From positions 1,298-65,297 of the forward strand of contig DASVCT010000262.1 in the NCBI GenBank assembly GCA_036381475.1: a DNA stretch of 64,000 bases, given 5' to 3'. This document shows positions 1 through 8,779 of this stretch, piece by piece; position 1 is the stretch's first letter, and every line of letters starts with the position of its first letter. The stretch is from Cyclobacteriaceae bacterium. Lineage in GTDB: Bacteria > Bacteroidota > Bacteroidia > Cytophagales > Cyclobacteriaceae. A program made the position numbers and the translations under genes. The notes below the pieces were generated by a model. The model saw nothing but the letters and a program-made list of their open reading frames with translations, searched no databases and was not told the origin of the DNA.

Positions 1-1590
1 ACGCATGAATACGTGCAACATTTCTTGAAGACGGTCCGGATGGTACTGGGACATGACCACCAGTTTCGCGGGATCGCATTGGGCAACCGAACGGTCAAGG
101 TCGACCTTTTCCCTCTGGGCATCGACTATGATCTGTTTCACAAAGCCATTCAAAAGCCATCTACCGTCAAAGCGCGGGAGGAAATTCAGCGAAACTTCGT
201 GGATCGCAAGATCATTTTTTCCGTCGACCGGCTCGACTACACCAAGGGTGTAACGCACCGGCTGAGGGGTTTCGAAAAGTTTCTGGACAAATACCCTGAA
301 TGGCGCGAGAAGGTCGTATTCATCCTTGTGGTGGTTCCATCCCGCGTGATCATCTCGAAGTACAACGAACGACGAAAGATGATCGAGGAGCACGTGGGCC
401 GCATCAACGGGAAGCACTCCACGCTGAAATGGCAGCCCATCATTTATCGTTATAGCCACGTTCCATTTGATGAACTGTGTGCCCTGTACCAGGTTGCCGA
501 CGTAGGCCTGATAACACCGCTTCGCGACGGGATGAACCTTGTGGCGAAGGAATACATTGCGAGTCGTGCGGGACAAAAGGGCGTGTTGATCCTTAGCGAG
601 CTCGCCGGCGCGGCAAGCGAACTGGGCGAAGCGCTACTCGTCAATCCCATGGACGAGGTGGAGATGGCGGACGCGATTTGCGAAGCGCTGACCATGAGCC
701 CGCCGGAACAGCGACATAAGATTGCGATGATGCAAAAACGGTTGGTAGATTATGATGTGCGGGATTGGGTGAATGATTTTTTGCAGCAACTTGCCGACGT
801 AAAGAAAGAGCAACGCATGCAGGAATCGAAATTCATTACACCCGCCGTCGCCAGTGAAATTGTCGGGCAATTCCGGAAGGCAAAACGGCGATGTCTTTTC
901 ATCGACTATGACGGAACGCTGGTTCCATTTGCCCGCCATCCGCGTGAGGCTGCGCCGGGTTCGGAAGTCATTCAGTTGCTGGAACAACTTGCCGCCGACA
1001 AATGCACGATCGTTACGATCATAAGCGGCCGCGACAGTACGGTCCTGGAAGAATGGTTTCGTGATCTGCCAGTCAACCTGGTTGCTGAACATGGGGCATC
1101 TATCAAGAAGGACGGCGACGAGTGGATCCACGAAAATTCTTCCGACCAGGCCTGGAAGCAGGTTATTAAACCTACGCTCGAGCTGTTTGCTCAACGCAGC
1201 CCGGGTTCATTCATCGAGGAAAAGAATCATACCCTGGCCTGGCATTACCGCAACGTAGAGCGTGATCTCGGGTTTATACGCTCGCGGGAACTGCTGGACA
1301 GCCTCTTTCACCTGATTCGAAATGCCAGCCTGCAGGTGATCGACGGAAATAAGGTTATCGAAGTGCGCGTTGCCGGTGTTGATAAGGGTGTCGCAGCCAC
1401 CAAACTTCTCTCCGAAGCATGCTCGGATTTCATCTTGGTGATAGGCGACGACAAGACGGATGAGGATATGTTCCGCGCCCTGAGTGACAGGGCTGTAACA
1501 ATAAAGGTTGGTCACGGCCACACGCAAGCCCGGTACAGCATCCCGGGTCAGGCTGACGTGATCCCGTTCTTCAAGGAGTTCCTCAGATAA
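1..1590 (+). CDS. bifunctional trehalose-6-phosphate synthase / trehalose-6-phosphatase (GT20 OtsA domain fused to HAD OtsB domain); 5' end lies outside the window
   Basis: Frame 1 is open from nt 1, so the GTG at 13 is only the first start-like codon. GT20-type 'VDRLDYTKGV' and 'VVVPSR' motifs, then HAD phosphatase motifs 'LFIDYDGTLVPF' and 'GDDKTDEDMF'. Confidence 0.85.
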   Translation, partial: THEYVQHFLKTVRMVLGHDHQFRGIALGNRTVKVDLFPLGIDYDLFHKAIQKPSTVKAREEIQRNFVDRKIIFSVDRLDYTKGVTHRLRGFEKFLDKYPEWREKVVFILVVVPSRVIISKYNERRKMIEEHVGRINGKHSTLKWQPIIYRYSHVPFDELCALYQVADVGLITPLRDGMNLVAKEYIASRAGQKGVLILSELAGAASELGEALLVNPMDEVEMADAICEALTMSPPEQRHKIAMMQKRLVDYDVRDWVNDFLQQLADVKKEQRMQESKFITPAVASEIVGQFRKAKRRCLFIDYDGTLVPFARHPREAAPGSEVIQLLEQLAADKCTIVTIISGRDSTVLEEWFRDLPVNLVAEHGASIKKDGDEWIHENSSDQAWKQVIKPTLELFAQRSPGSFIEEKNHTLAWHYRNVERDLGFIRSRELLDSLFHLIRNASLQVIDGNKVIEVRVAGVDKGVAATKLLSEACSDFILVIGDDKTDEDMFRALSDRAVTIKVGHGHTQARYSIPGQADVIPFFKEFLR

Positions 1591-1603
1591 CCTGATACGC
1601 GAT

Positions 1604-3406
1604 ATGCAGATACATCGTTACGAGATGGGGCTGGTAGGGAACTGCTCCTACATCGCCTACATCGACACTCAGGCCCACGTCAAATGGATGTGCCTCCCTC
1701 GCTTTGACGACAGTTTTGTGTTTGGATCCCTTCTCGACAAGGAGCGCGGCGGCGAGTTTTCTGTTACTCCGGTGGGCGAGTTCACCTCCATACAGTATTA
1801 CATCCACAACACCAACGTTCTTTGCACGGAGTTTACCTGTGCTACCGGGTCGTTCCGCGTGATCGATTGCGCGCCAAGGTTCCAGCAGTACGAACGTTTT
1901 TACCGACCGCTGATGCTTGTTCGAAAACTGGAAGTGCTGAAAGGAAATCCGTACGTCCTGGTACGGTGTCAACCGAGGGGCAACTACGGCGCTTTGATTC
2001 CAGAGGTGGTCATGGGCAGCAACCACTTGCGTTTCCTCAACTTCGACATGCCCGTCCGGCTCACTACCGACATCTCCCTTTCCAATATCAAAGAAGAACT
2101 TCCGTTTGTGCTGGACCGTAACCGTTACCTCGTGTTCACCTACGGCGAACCGCTTGAAGCTCCTCTTAAACCAACGGCGGAAGATTTTATCAATAAGACC
2201 GTTCGGTTCTGGCAGGGGTGGATCAAAAGCACGTATGTGCCCGACATCTACCAGGAAGAAGTCATCCGGTCAGCCCTGGTACTCAAGCTGCATCAGTACG
2301 AAGATACGGGCGGCATCATCGCGTCAGGAACGACGAGCCTGCCTGAATACAACGGCAGCTCGCGCACATGGGATTACCGCTATTGCTGGTTTCGCGATTC
2401 ATACTACACGCTCAAGGCATTCAATGAACTGGGACACTTCGATGAACTCGAACGGTACTTCGACTACATACAGAATATCCTCATGAATGAGGAAGGCCGG
2501 ATGCAGCCCCTGTATTCGATCACAGGAAAAAAGGAACTCGAAGAAATACACATTGACCTGCAGGGGTACCTCGACAACCAGCCGGTACGGGTCGGAAACA
2601 AAGCGTACATGCAAACGCAAAACGACGTATACGGTCAGATCCTGGTAGGGGTGATGCCGCTGTATACCGACAAGCGTCTCATGTATACGGCACGGAGTTC
2701 GTACAAAGCCATGACCAACCGGTTGCTCGACTGCATCGAGTTGACCATGGATGAACCCGATGCGGGATTGTGGGAATTCCGCAATGTGAAACAGGTTCAT
2801 ACGTACACGATGCTATTTCACTGGGCAGGCAGCAAGGCAGCGATGCGAATAGGACAAATGATGACCGACGGTGACCTCGTCGCCAAGGCGGAACGTCTGG
2901 CGCGGGAAGCCGCTTTGCGTATTGAGAAAGCGTATGATCCTCAGCAAAATGTGTATACGCAAGCCATCGGCGTGCCCAACCTCGATGCGGCAACGCTCAA
3001 GCTCATCACCATGTCTTACCTGGATCCCAATTCCGATAGGGCGAAAAACCACCTGGCCACACTGGAGAAAAGCCTCAGGACGCACCAGGGGTTGTTCTAC
3101 CGATATGTACACCCGGATGACTTCGGTATTCCCGAGGCAACGTTCCTGGTGTGCGCCTTCTGGTACGTCGATGCCCTGGCAACGGTAGGTAGAATTGATG
3201 ATGCGGTGAACACGCTGGATGGGATCCTGAAATATGCAAACCACCTGGGAATGTTCAGTGAAGACGTCGGGCTCGACGGCTCACAATGGGGAAACTTCCC
3301 GCAGACATATAGTCACGTGGGACTTATCAACGCAGTCTTTCGGATATCCAAAAAAATCGATCACCCTACGTTCATGTCACCCTATCCTTATAGAGAGTCG
3401 CCATAG
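1604..3406 (+). CDS. glycoside hydrolase family 15 (glucoamylase/trehalase-like)
   Basis: 600-aa ORF with 'WDYRYCWFRDS' and 'GLWEFRN' motifs and an (alpha/alpha)6-like C-terminal half. Starts 14 nt after the trehalose synthase gene. Confidence 0.8.
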   Translation: MQIHRYEMGLVGNCSYIAYIDTQAHVKWMCLPRFDDSFVFGSLLDKERGGEFSVTPVGEFTSIQYYIHNTNVLCTEFTCATGSFRVIDCAPRFQQYERFYRPLMLVRKLEVLKGNPYVLVRCQPRGNYGALIPEVVMGSNHLRFLNFDMPVRLTTDISLSNIKEELPFVLDRNRYLVFTYGEPLEAPLKPTAEDFINKTVRFWQGWIKSTYVPDIYQEEVIRSALVLKLHQYEDTGGIIASGTTSLPEYNGSSRTWDYRYCWFRDSYYTLKAFNELGHFDELERYFDYIQNILMNEEGRMQPLYSITGKKELEEIHIDLQGYLDNQPVRVGNKAYMQTQNDVYGQILVGVMPLYTDKRLMYTARSSYKAMTNRLLDCIELTMDEPDAGLWEFRNVKQVHTYTMLFHWAGSKAAMRIGQMMTDGDLVAKAERLAREAALRIEKAYDPQQNVYTQAIGVPNLDAATLKLITMSYLDPNSDRAKNHLATLEKSLRTHQGLFYRYVHPDDFGIPEATFLVCAFWYVDALATVGRIDDAVNTLDGILKYANHLGMFSEDVGLDGSQWGNFPQTYSHVGLINAVFRISKKIDHPTFMSPYPYRESP

Positions 3407-4161
3407 GGGCTGACCGCGGTCCATCCGCCATCTACGATCAGTGCCTGGCCCGTAATGTGCTCCGACTCTTTTGACAGGAGAAACATGGCAGCATGGGCAA
3501 CGTCTGTTACGTACCCCGGCCTTCCCATCGGCGTGAGCTCACTCCACGTTTGTTCGTAATTCTTGTCCTCAAGCGTGCGCTCAGTCAGCGTAGCGCCTGG
3601 CGCAATGGCGTTCACGGTGATGCGGTAAGGCGACAATGCAAGCACGAGATTTTTTGCCAGCATCTCCAGGCCAGCCTTCGTCATGGAATAAGCAGCCAGG
3701 TGAGGATGCGCCTGATGTCCGGTTACCGACGACATGAAAATAATCCGGCCTCCGCCACCTTGTTTTCTCATTTGTCGCGCAGCGGCCTGCGCGAAAAAGA
3801 AACTTCCGCCGAGATTCAGACGGACAACGCTTTCAAAGGATTCAGGCTTAAACTCAAAGAAATCGCCAAATTTCGTGATGCCGGCATTTGCGACGGCCAT
3901 GGTGAGGCTTCCATATGACCCTACTGCCGTCTCGACCATGCGCTGAATGAAAGTGTAATCAGAAGCGTCACCCGCCATGCCTGTGCATCGTGCCCCGGTA
4001 CGCTGAATTTCGGAGACGGACTTCTCGACGAGATCGGGGTCCACGTCGTTGAGGATCACGGCAGCACCGCGTTGACACAATTGCCTGCATATTTCACGAC
4101 CGATCCCGGATCCTGCGCCCGTGACTATGGCAACGTCATTTTTGAAAGGTAAGTCATTCAT
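3388..4161 (-). CDS. short-chain dehydrogenase/reductase (SDR, FabG-like)
   Basis: 'TGAGSGIGR' Rossmann motif, 'NAGI', catalytic 'YSMTKAG'. Its 3' end overlaps the GH15 3' end by 19 nt (convergent). Confidence 0.85.
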   Translation of the reverse strand: MNDLPFKNDVAIVTGAGSGIGREICRQLCQRGAAVILNDVDPDLVEKSVSEIQRTGARCTGMAGDASDYTFIQRMVETAVGSYGSLTMAVANAGITKFGDFFEFKPESFESVVRLNLGGSFFFAQAAARQMRKQGGGGRIIFMSSVTGHQAHPHLAAYSMTKAGLEMLAKNLVLALSPYRITVNAIAPGATLTERTLEDKNYEQTWSELTPMGRPGYVTDVAHAAMFLLSKESEHITGQALIVDGGWTAVSPYGDSL

Positions 4162-4317
4162 GCTCTATAGAGATGTCAGCACAAATTATAAAAATCAAAT
4201 GATTGTGACCGTCATGCCCTGGCAACCCGGTGTCCATAAATATTCTTTCTCTTTTGGCCAACCTTTTCAATTCGGATCGTATAATTAGAAAATTTCGACC
4301 CTCGGTCGCCCACGCAT

Positions 4318-5589
4318 ATGAAGAGACTTATCTGCGCATTCGGGCTGATCGGCCTGATGTCTGCCGGCCTGAACGCCCAGGATACCCCTTATGTCATCAT
4401 GGTATCCTTTGACGGCTTCCGGCACGACTACGTGGCACGCTACGATTTGCCCAATTTTCGTGCCTTTTTGGAACGGGGAAGCCAGGCTCGAGGTTTGCTT
4501 CCTTCCTTTCCTTCGAAGACGTTTCCAAATCACTATTCTCTCGTTACCGGGTTGTACCCGGGACATCATGGACTCGTGAACAATGAGTTCTTCGACCCCG
4601 ACCGCCGGGAGTATTATTCCATGGACGTTGTGGAAAGACTCCGTGATCCCTACTACTACGGCGGAACACCTCTGTGGAGGTTGGCACACGAACATAACAT
4701 CAGGACGGCGTCTTACTTTTGGGTGGGATCTGAAATTCCGGGTGAGGGTCAGCATCCGGACTACTGTTTTCCGTACGATGAAGAAGTACCGTTCAGCGCG
4801 CGTGTCGACCAGGTACTTGCTTGGCTGAAACTTCCGGAGCGCGATCGTCCGCACTTCATCACCCTGTACTTTTCTTCTCCGGATCATGAAGCGCATCTTT
4901 ACGGGCCCAACAGCAAACAAGTAGCAGCGGCCCTACTGGATGTCGACGCCATGTTGGGAAAACTGATGGCCGGCATCGACGCATCGGGACTGCCGGTTAA
5001 CGTCATCCTCGTTTCGGATCACGGACTCAAAGAACTTGAATTCCGCGACGAGACCTTCATTTTCCTTGATGAGATCATGGATGTGAACAATCGCTCTATT
5101 GTCTTCGTAAATGCGGGATCCCAGGTGCATTTCTACCTTCGCGACGGCACACAGCGTGATTCCCTGGCCGCTGCTCTCAAGGTTCACGCCTCAAACTTTG
5201 ACGTGGTACGGGCAGGACATTTTCCGCGGCGATGGAATTTTGAGCACAAGCGTTCGGGCGATCTCCTGCTCGTGGCCCATCCAGGGTATTACTTCCGCAA
5301 CGGTAATCGGAAGAGTTATATGAAGAAGCGCACATACGCCGCGAAATTTGGTGTCCATGGCTATGATCCTGATGTGGAAGCCGATATGATGGGCATTTTC
5401 TATGCCTGCGGGCCGAACATCCGACCCGGCATCACCCTTCCTGCTTTCCGCAACGTTCATGTGTACCCCCTGGTGGCGCAGATTCTCGGCTTGGACACGC
5501 CGCCGATCGATGGCAAGTTTCGCGTACTGAAGGCGATCTACCGCCAACCGGTCAGCGAGAGCCGTCCGGCAAGGTCAGCATCTCAATAA
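4318..5589 (+). CDS. ectonucleotide pyrophosphatase/phosphodiesterase (alkaline-phosphatase superfamily), secreted
   Basis: Signal peptide 'MKRLICAFGLIGLMSAGLNAQ'; 'VSFDGFRHDY' and 'TFPNHYSLVTGLYPGHHG' NPP motifs. Confidence 0.8.
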   Translation: MKRLICAFGLIGLMSAGLNAQDTPYVIMVSFDGFRHDYVARYDLPNFRAFLERGSQARGLLPSFPSKTFPNHYSLVTGLYPGHHGLVNNEFFDPDRREYYSMDVVERLRDPYYYGGTPLWRLAHEHNIRTASYFWVGSEIPGEGQHPDYCFPYDEEVPFSARVDQVLAWLKLPERDRPHFITLYFSSPDHEAHLYGPNSKQVAAALLDVDAMLGKLMAGIDASGLPVNVILVSDHGLKELEFRDETFIFLDEIMDVNNRSIVFVNAGSQVHFYLRDGTQRDSLAAALKVHASNFDVVRAGHFPRRWNFEHKRSGDLLLVAHPGYYFRNGNRKSYMKKRTYAAKFGVHGYDPDVEADMMGIFYACGPNIRPGITLPAFRNVHVYPLVAQILGLDTPPIDGKFRVLKAIYRQPVSESRPARSASQ

Positions 5590-6064
5590 CTGCGGCCTGC
5601 GAGGGAAACTCTTCGAGGAGACGATGTCGATTTCCCATTTCAAAATCGCCAAAATCAAATCCGGGTGCGACGGTACAACCGCAAAGGCAATACGTGTCCG
5701 GGTCGACGACCTTCGCGCCAAACCAGGAGCCTGCGGGCACGACAACCTGAAGGTGTTCTCCTGCATCGGGGTGAGATCCGAGGTGAATCACCTCGGTAGA
5801 TTCAGTGGCCAGTTGATACAACGCGAGCCGTCCCCCATAATAGAAATGCCATATTTCATCCGACTTGATCCGGTGAAGCAGGGATCGGTCGGACGACCGG
5901 AGCAGGAAAAAAATGGAGGTCGCGAAACTGCGCGGTGCGCCAAAGCGTAGCGGCAATCCCTGGGCGGGTATTTGTTCGAGTGATCGGTACGTCTCGCGGT
6001 AAAATCCGCCTTCGGGATGGGGTTTGAGTCCAAGATGGTCAATCCAATATTCTGAAGTGTGCAT
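5552..6064 (-). CDS. cupin-fold protein (DUF985-like)
   Basis: 170 aa; 'HPEGGFYRETYRS' N-terminal motif typical of the DUF985 cupin family. Convergent 38-nt overlap with the NPP gene. Confidence 0.65.
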   Translation of the reverse strand: MHTSEYWIDHLGLKPHPEGGFYRETYRSLEQIPAQGLPLRFGAPRSFATSIFFLLRSSDRSLLHRIKSDEIWHFYYGGRLALYQLATESTEVIHLGSHPDAGEHLQVVVPAGSWFGAKVVDPDTYCLCGCTVAPGFDFGDFEMGNRHRLLEEFPSQAAVIEMLTLPDGSR

Positions 6065-6127
6065 TCGTAGTGTGGTCAGAAACCACTAAAAAGCAAAAAA
6101 CTTCTGTATAAAAAATGTCTGATTGCT

Positions 6128-6135
6128 TACTTTTG
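6128..6135 (+). promoter_or_regulatory. candidate Bacteroidota -7 promoter box (TACTTTTG) for the tRNA pair
   Basis: Matches TAnnTTTG, 32 nt upstream of tRNA-Lys. No clear -33 TTG. Confidence 0.35.
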
Positions 6136-6166
6136 CCCTCCGCCGGTCGGACTGCCCGGTGATTTT

Positions 6167-6239
<73 letters not shown>

Positions 6240-6244
6240 CTGAA

Positions 6245-6360
6245 CAGTGTGAGTGTGAGAGTGAGAGTGAGGAAATGAGTGGGAATACCCCATTCACTCA
6301 TTCACTCATTCACTCATTCACTCATTCGCTAATTGAGGCTTCACTCTCACTTTCACACTG
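6245..6360 (+). repeat. inter-tRNA spacer made of short tandem repeats forming a long imperfect hairpin
   Basis: The left arm cagtgtgagtgtgagagtgagagtgagg (hexamer GTGTGA/GAGTGA units) pairs with cttcactctcactttcacactg as 8 bp, a 6-nt bulge, then 14 bp. Inside it are three copies of octamer ATTCACTC plus a degenerate copy (6292-6322) and an inner stem aatgagtg/cactcatt. Confidence 0.8.
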
Positions 6361-6367
6361 CTCCTCC

Positions 6368-6442
6368 GGGGTGTTAGCTCAGCTGGTTCAGAGCGCTTGC
6401 TTGACAGGCAAGAGGTCACTGGTTCGAACCCAGTACATCCCA
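6368..6442 (+). tRNA. tRNA-Val (anticodon GAC)
   Basis: Acceptor ggggtgt/acatccc (one G-U), D arm gctc-agctggttca-gagc, anticodon stem cttgc/gcaag with loop ttGACag, T arm actgg-ttcgaac-ccagt, discriminator A. Confidence 0.9.
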
Positions 6443-6554
6443 CAATCAACCCACGAGGAGATGGCCTGTTCCGGGGCCGTTACTGCTGCCTGAATTTCTC
6501 CATTGTCCAACCATCTTTTTGTCGTAAATTCTGGTATAGATCAGAAAAGCGTCT

Positions 6555-8771
6555 ATGCCCAGCCGGCTCCATTTGCGTCAGATTCCCGGAGTAATCCTGA
6601 TTTTTCTTTGCGCCCCGGTGTCAGTTGCACAGAATTTCCCGGCTGGCTTTGCACGCGTACTGGTGGCCGATAACATAACCACACCGACCGCCATAGCATT
6701 CCTGCCCGATGGGCGCATTTTTGTTTGTGAGCAAACCGGAGCTGTTCGGGTGATTAAGGACGGGGCTTTGCTGGCCGAACCCTTTCTGAAGGTCTCCGTG
6801 TCCTCAACCGGCGAACGCGGGTTGTTGGGAATTGCTATCGATCCCGATTTTGAGACCAACGGATACGTTTATGTCTATTACACGGTAGCCACGGCACCCT
6901 TGCACAATCGTATTAGTCGCTTCACCGCAGACGGCGATGTCGCCGTACCCGGCAGCGAAACACTCGTACTTCGTCTCGATAATCTGTCAACGGCTACAAA
7001 TCACAACGGCGGGGCTATGCACTTTGGGCTCGACGGAAAATTGTATGTGGCGATCGGTGAAAATGCCCACCGCGAAAATGCCCAGAACCTGGATACTTAT
7101 CTCGGCAAATTCCTCAGGATAAACAGCGACGGCAGCGTACCCGATGGCAACCCTTTTACAGACGGCAGCGCGCAGAAGCAACGCCTGTGGGCTTATGGCC
7201 TTCGGAATCCGTACACCTTCACTATCCACCCGGAAAGCGGACGAATTATGCTCAACGATGTAGGGCAAAACACATGGGAGGAAATAAATGATGCAACAAC
7301 GGCGGGACAAAATTTTGGCTGGCCGGATGAAGAAGGCATGCCGGGTGCACCAGGTACGTCGCCGCCGCTGCTGGTTTACATGCATGGAAGCGGCGATGGC
7401 AAGGGATGCGCCATTACAGGGGGAACGTTTTTTAGCCCGGCAACGACGGGATATCCCGGCACGTACTACGGAAAGTATTTTTATCAGGACTACTGCAACG
7501 GGTGGATCAACTACATGGATCCTGATCAGGAGGCTCCCAAGGCGAATCCGTTTGCGACGAACCTGGGCAATCTCTGCCTTGCGCTAACGACGGGTCCGGA
7601 TGGAAATCTTTATTACTTAAACCGGTCGGACAAAGCGTTATATAAAATTGTTTACCAGCAATCAACATTGCCTTTCATAACGCATGATGCCATCCCGGCC
7701 TCCGTGACGGAGGGTGAAGATGCAACGTTTGAAGTGAGGGCCCTCGGATCGGCGCCCCTGGAATTTGCCTGGTACAAGGATGATGTACTGATCCCCGACG
7801 CCACAGAACCTGTACTCGTTCTCAAGGACGTACAACCGGAAGATGCCGGGACATACAAGGTGGTTGTCCGTAATCTTTTGGGGTCGGCAGAAGGCGCCGG
7901 CGTAACACTGACAGTTGCAGGCTTGAATGACCTCCCTGTCGCGAGCATCACCACGCCGGTTGAAGGAAGCTTTTATTCGGCCGGAGAAACAATAACATTT
8001 TTGGGAACCGGAACGGACGAAGAGGATGGAGAACTCCCCGCCGACGCCTTTGAATGGAGCGTCGTGTTTCACCACGAGACGGAAACGAGCGAGGAGCTGG
8101 CAGTTGCCGGCGTGAAGGAGGGCTCGTTCACCGTGCCGGATGAAGGCGAGACCTCGACGGATGTATGGTATCGTATCATTCTTACGGTGTCGGACTCGGA
8201 TGGACTTCAACATCGGGATACCGTGGACATCGTTCCGCGGACGTCAACCCTGCATCTGGGCACCACGCCGGCTGGCTTACAGCTTTTGTTCGACGGTGCG
8301 CCGTTCGATACGCCGGTGTCTGTCACCAGCGTCCAGGGAATGAAACGAACCCTTGAAGTAATCTCTCCGCAGACGGTTGGGGAAAAGGCCTATGAATTTA
8401 GCTATTGGGTGCACGGCGGAGAAGCGTCACAAGTGTTCATCACGCCACCACACGACACTACCCTAACGGCGGTGTTTTCCGTAGTAGTGGGAGTGGAATC
8501 CGACCGTAATTACAAAACTACCGCAGCACCCAACCCGGTGACGGGTGGAGTCGATGCCGTTGAAGTGACGATCGGCTCAGAACGAGCACAGCCAGTGACG
8601 ATTTCAATTGTGGACATGCTCTCCAGGGAGTTGACGCGGGTGTCGCGCTCAGTTAACGCCGGTTCGAACAAAATTGCTGTGCCGGTGAGTCACCTGGCGA
8701 ATGGGATGTACAGCATTGTCCTTCAGTCGCGGAATCAGCGTTCAACGGTGCGCCTACTGGTCGCACGCTAA
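6555..8771 (+). CDS. secreted PQQ-dependent sugar dehydrogenase-like beta-propeller with Ig (I-set-like) and PKD-like domains and a T9SS C-terminal sorting domain
   Basis: Signal peptide; 'GERGLLGIAIDPDF', 'HNGGAMHFGLDGKLYV' and 'GLRNPY' GSDH-type motifs; an Ig-like module ending 'DAGTYKVVVRNLLGSA'; last ~80 aa match the Por_Secre_tail pattern ('PNPVTGG..ISIVDMLSRE..GMYSIVLQS'). Confidence 0.75.
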   Translation: MPSRLHLRQIPGVILIFLCAPVSVAQNFPAGFARVLVADNITTPTAIAFLPDGRIFVCEQTGAVRVIKDGALLAEPFLKVSVSSTGERGLLGIAIDPDFETNGYVYVYYTVATAPLHNRISRFTADGDVAVPGSETLVLRLDNLSTATNHNGGAMHFGLDGKLYVAIGENAHRENAQNLDTYLGKFLRINSDGSVPDGNPFTDGSAQKQRLWAYGLRNPYTFTIHPESGRIMLNDVGQNTWEEINDATTAGQNFGWPDEEGMPGAPGTSPPLLVYMHGSGDGKGCAITGGTFFSPATTGYPGTYYGKYFYQDYCNGWINYMDPDQEAPKANPFATNLGNLCLALTTGPDGNLYYLNRSDKALYKIVYQQSTLPFITHDAIPASVTEGEDATFEVRALGSAPLEFAWYKDDVLIPDATEPVLVLKDVQPEDAGTYKVVVRNLLGSAEGAGVTLTVAGLNDLPVASITTPVEGSFYSAGETITFLGTGTDEEDGELPADAFEWSVVFHHETETSEELAVAGVKEGSFTVPDEGETSTDVWYRIILTVSDSDGLQHRDTVDIVPRTSTLHLGTTPAGLQLLFDGAPFDTPVSVTSVQGMKRTLEVISPQTVGEKAYEFSYWVHGGEASQVFITPPHDTTLTAVFSVVVGVESDRNYKTTAAPNPVTGGVDAVEVTIGSERAQPVTISIVDMLSRELTRVSRSVNAGSNKIAVPVSHLANGMYSIVLQSRNQRSTVRLLVAR

Positions 8772-8779
8772 TTGCTATC

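Noticed and set aside
6245-6360. The tandem repeats here, at 28991-29057 and at 46069-46216 as possible CRISPR arrays
   Set aside because: The units are only 6-8 nt long and contiguous, with no spacers, and there are no cas genes in the window.
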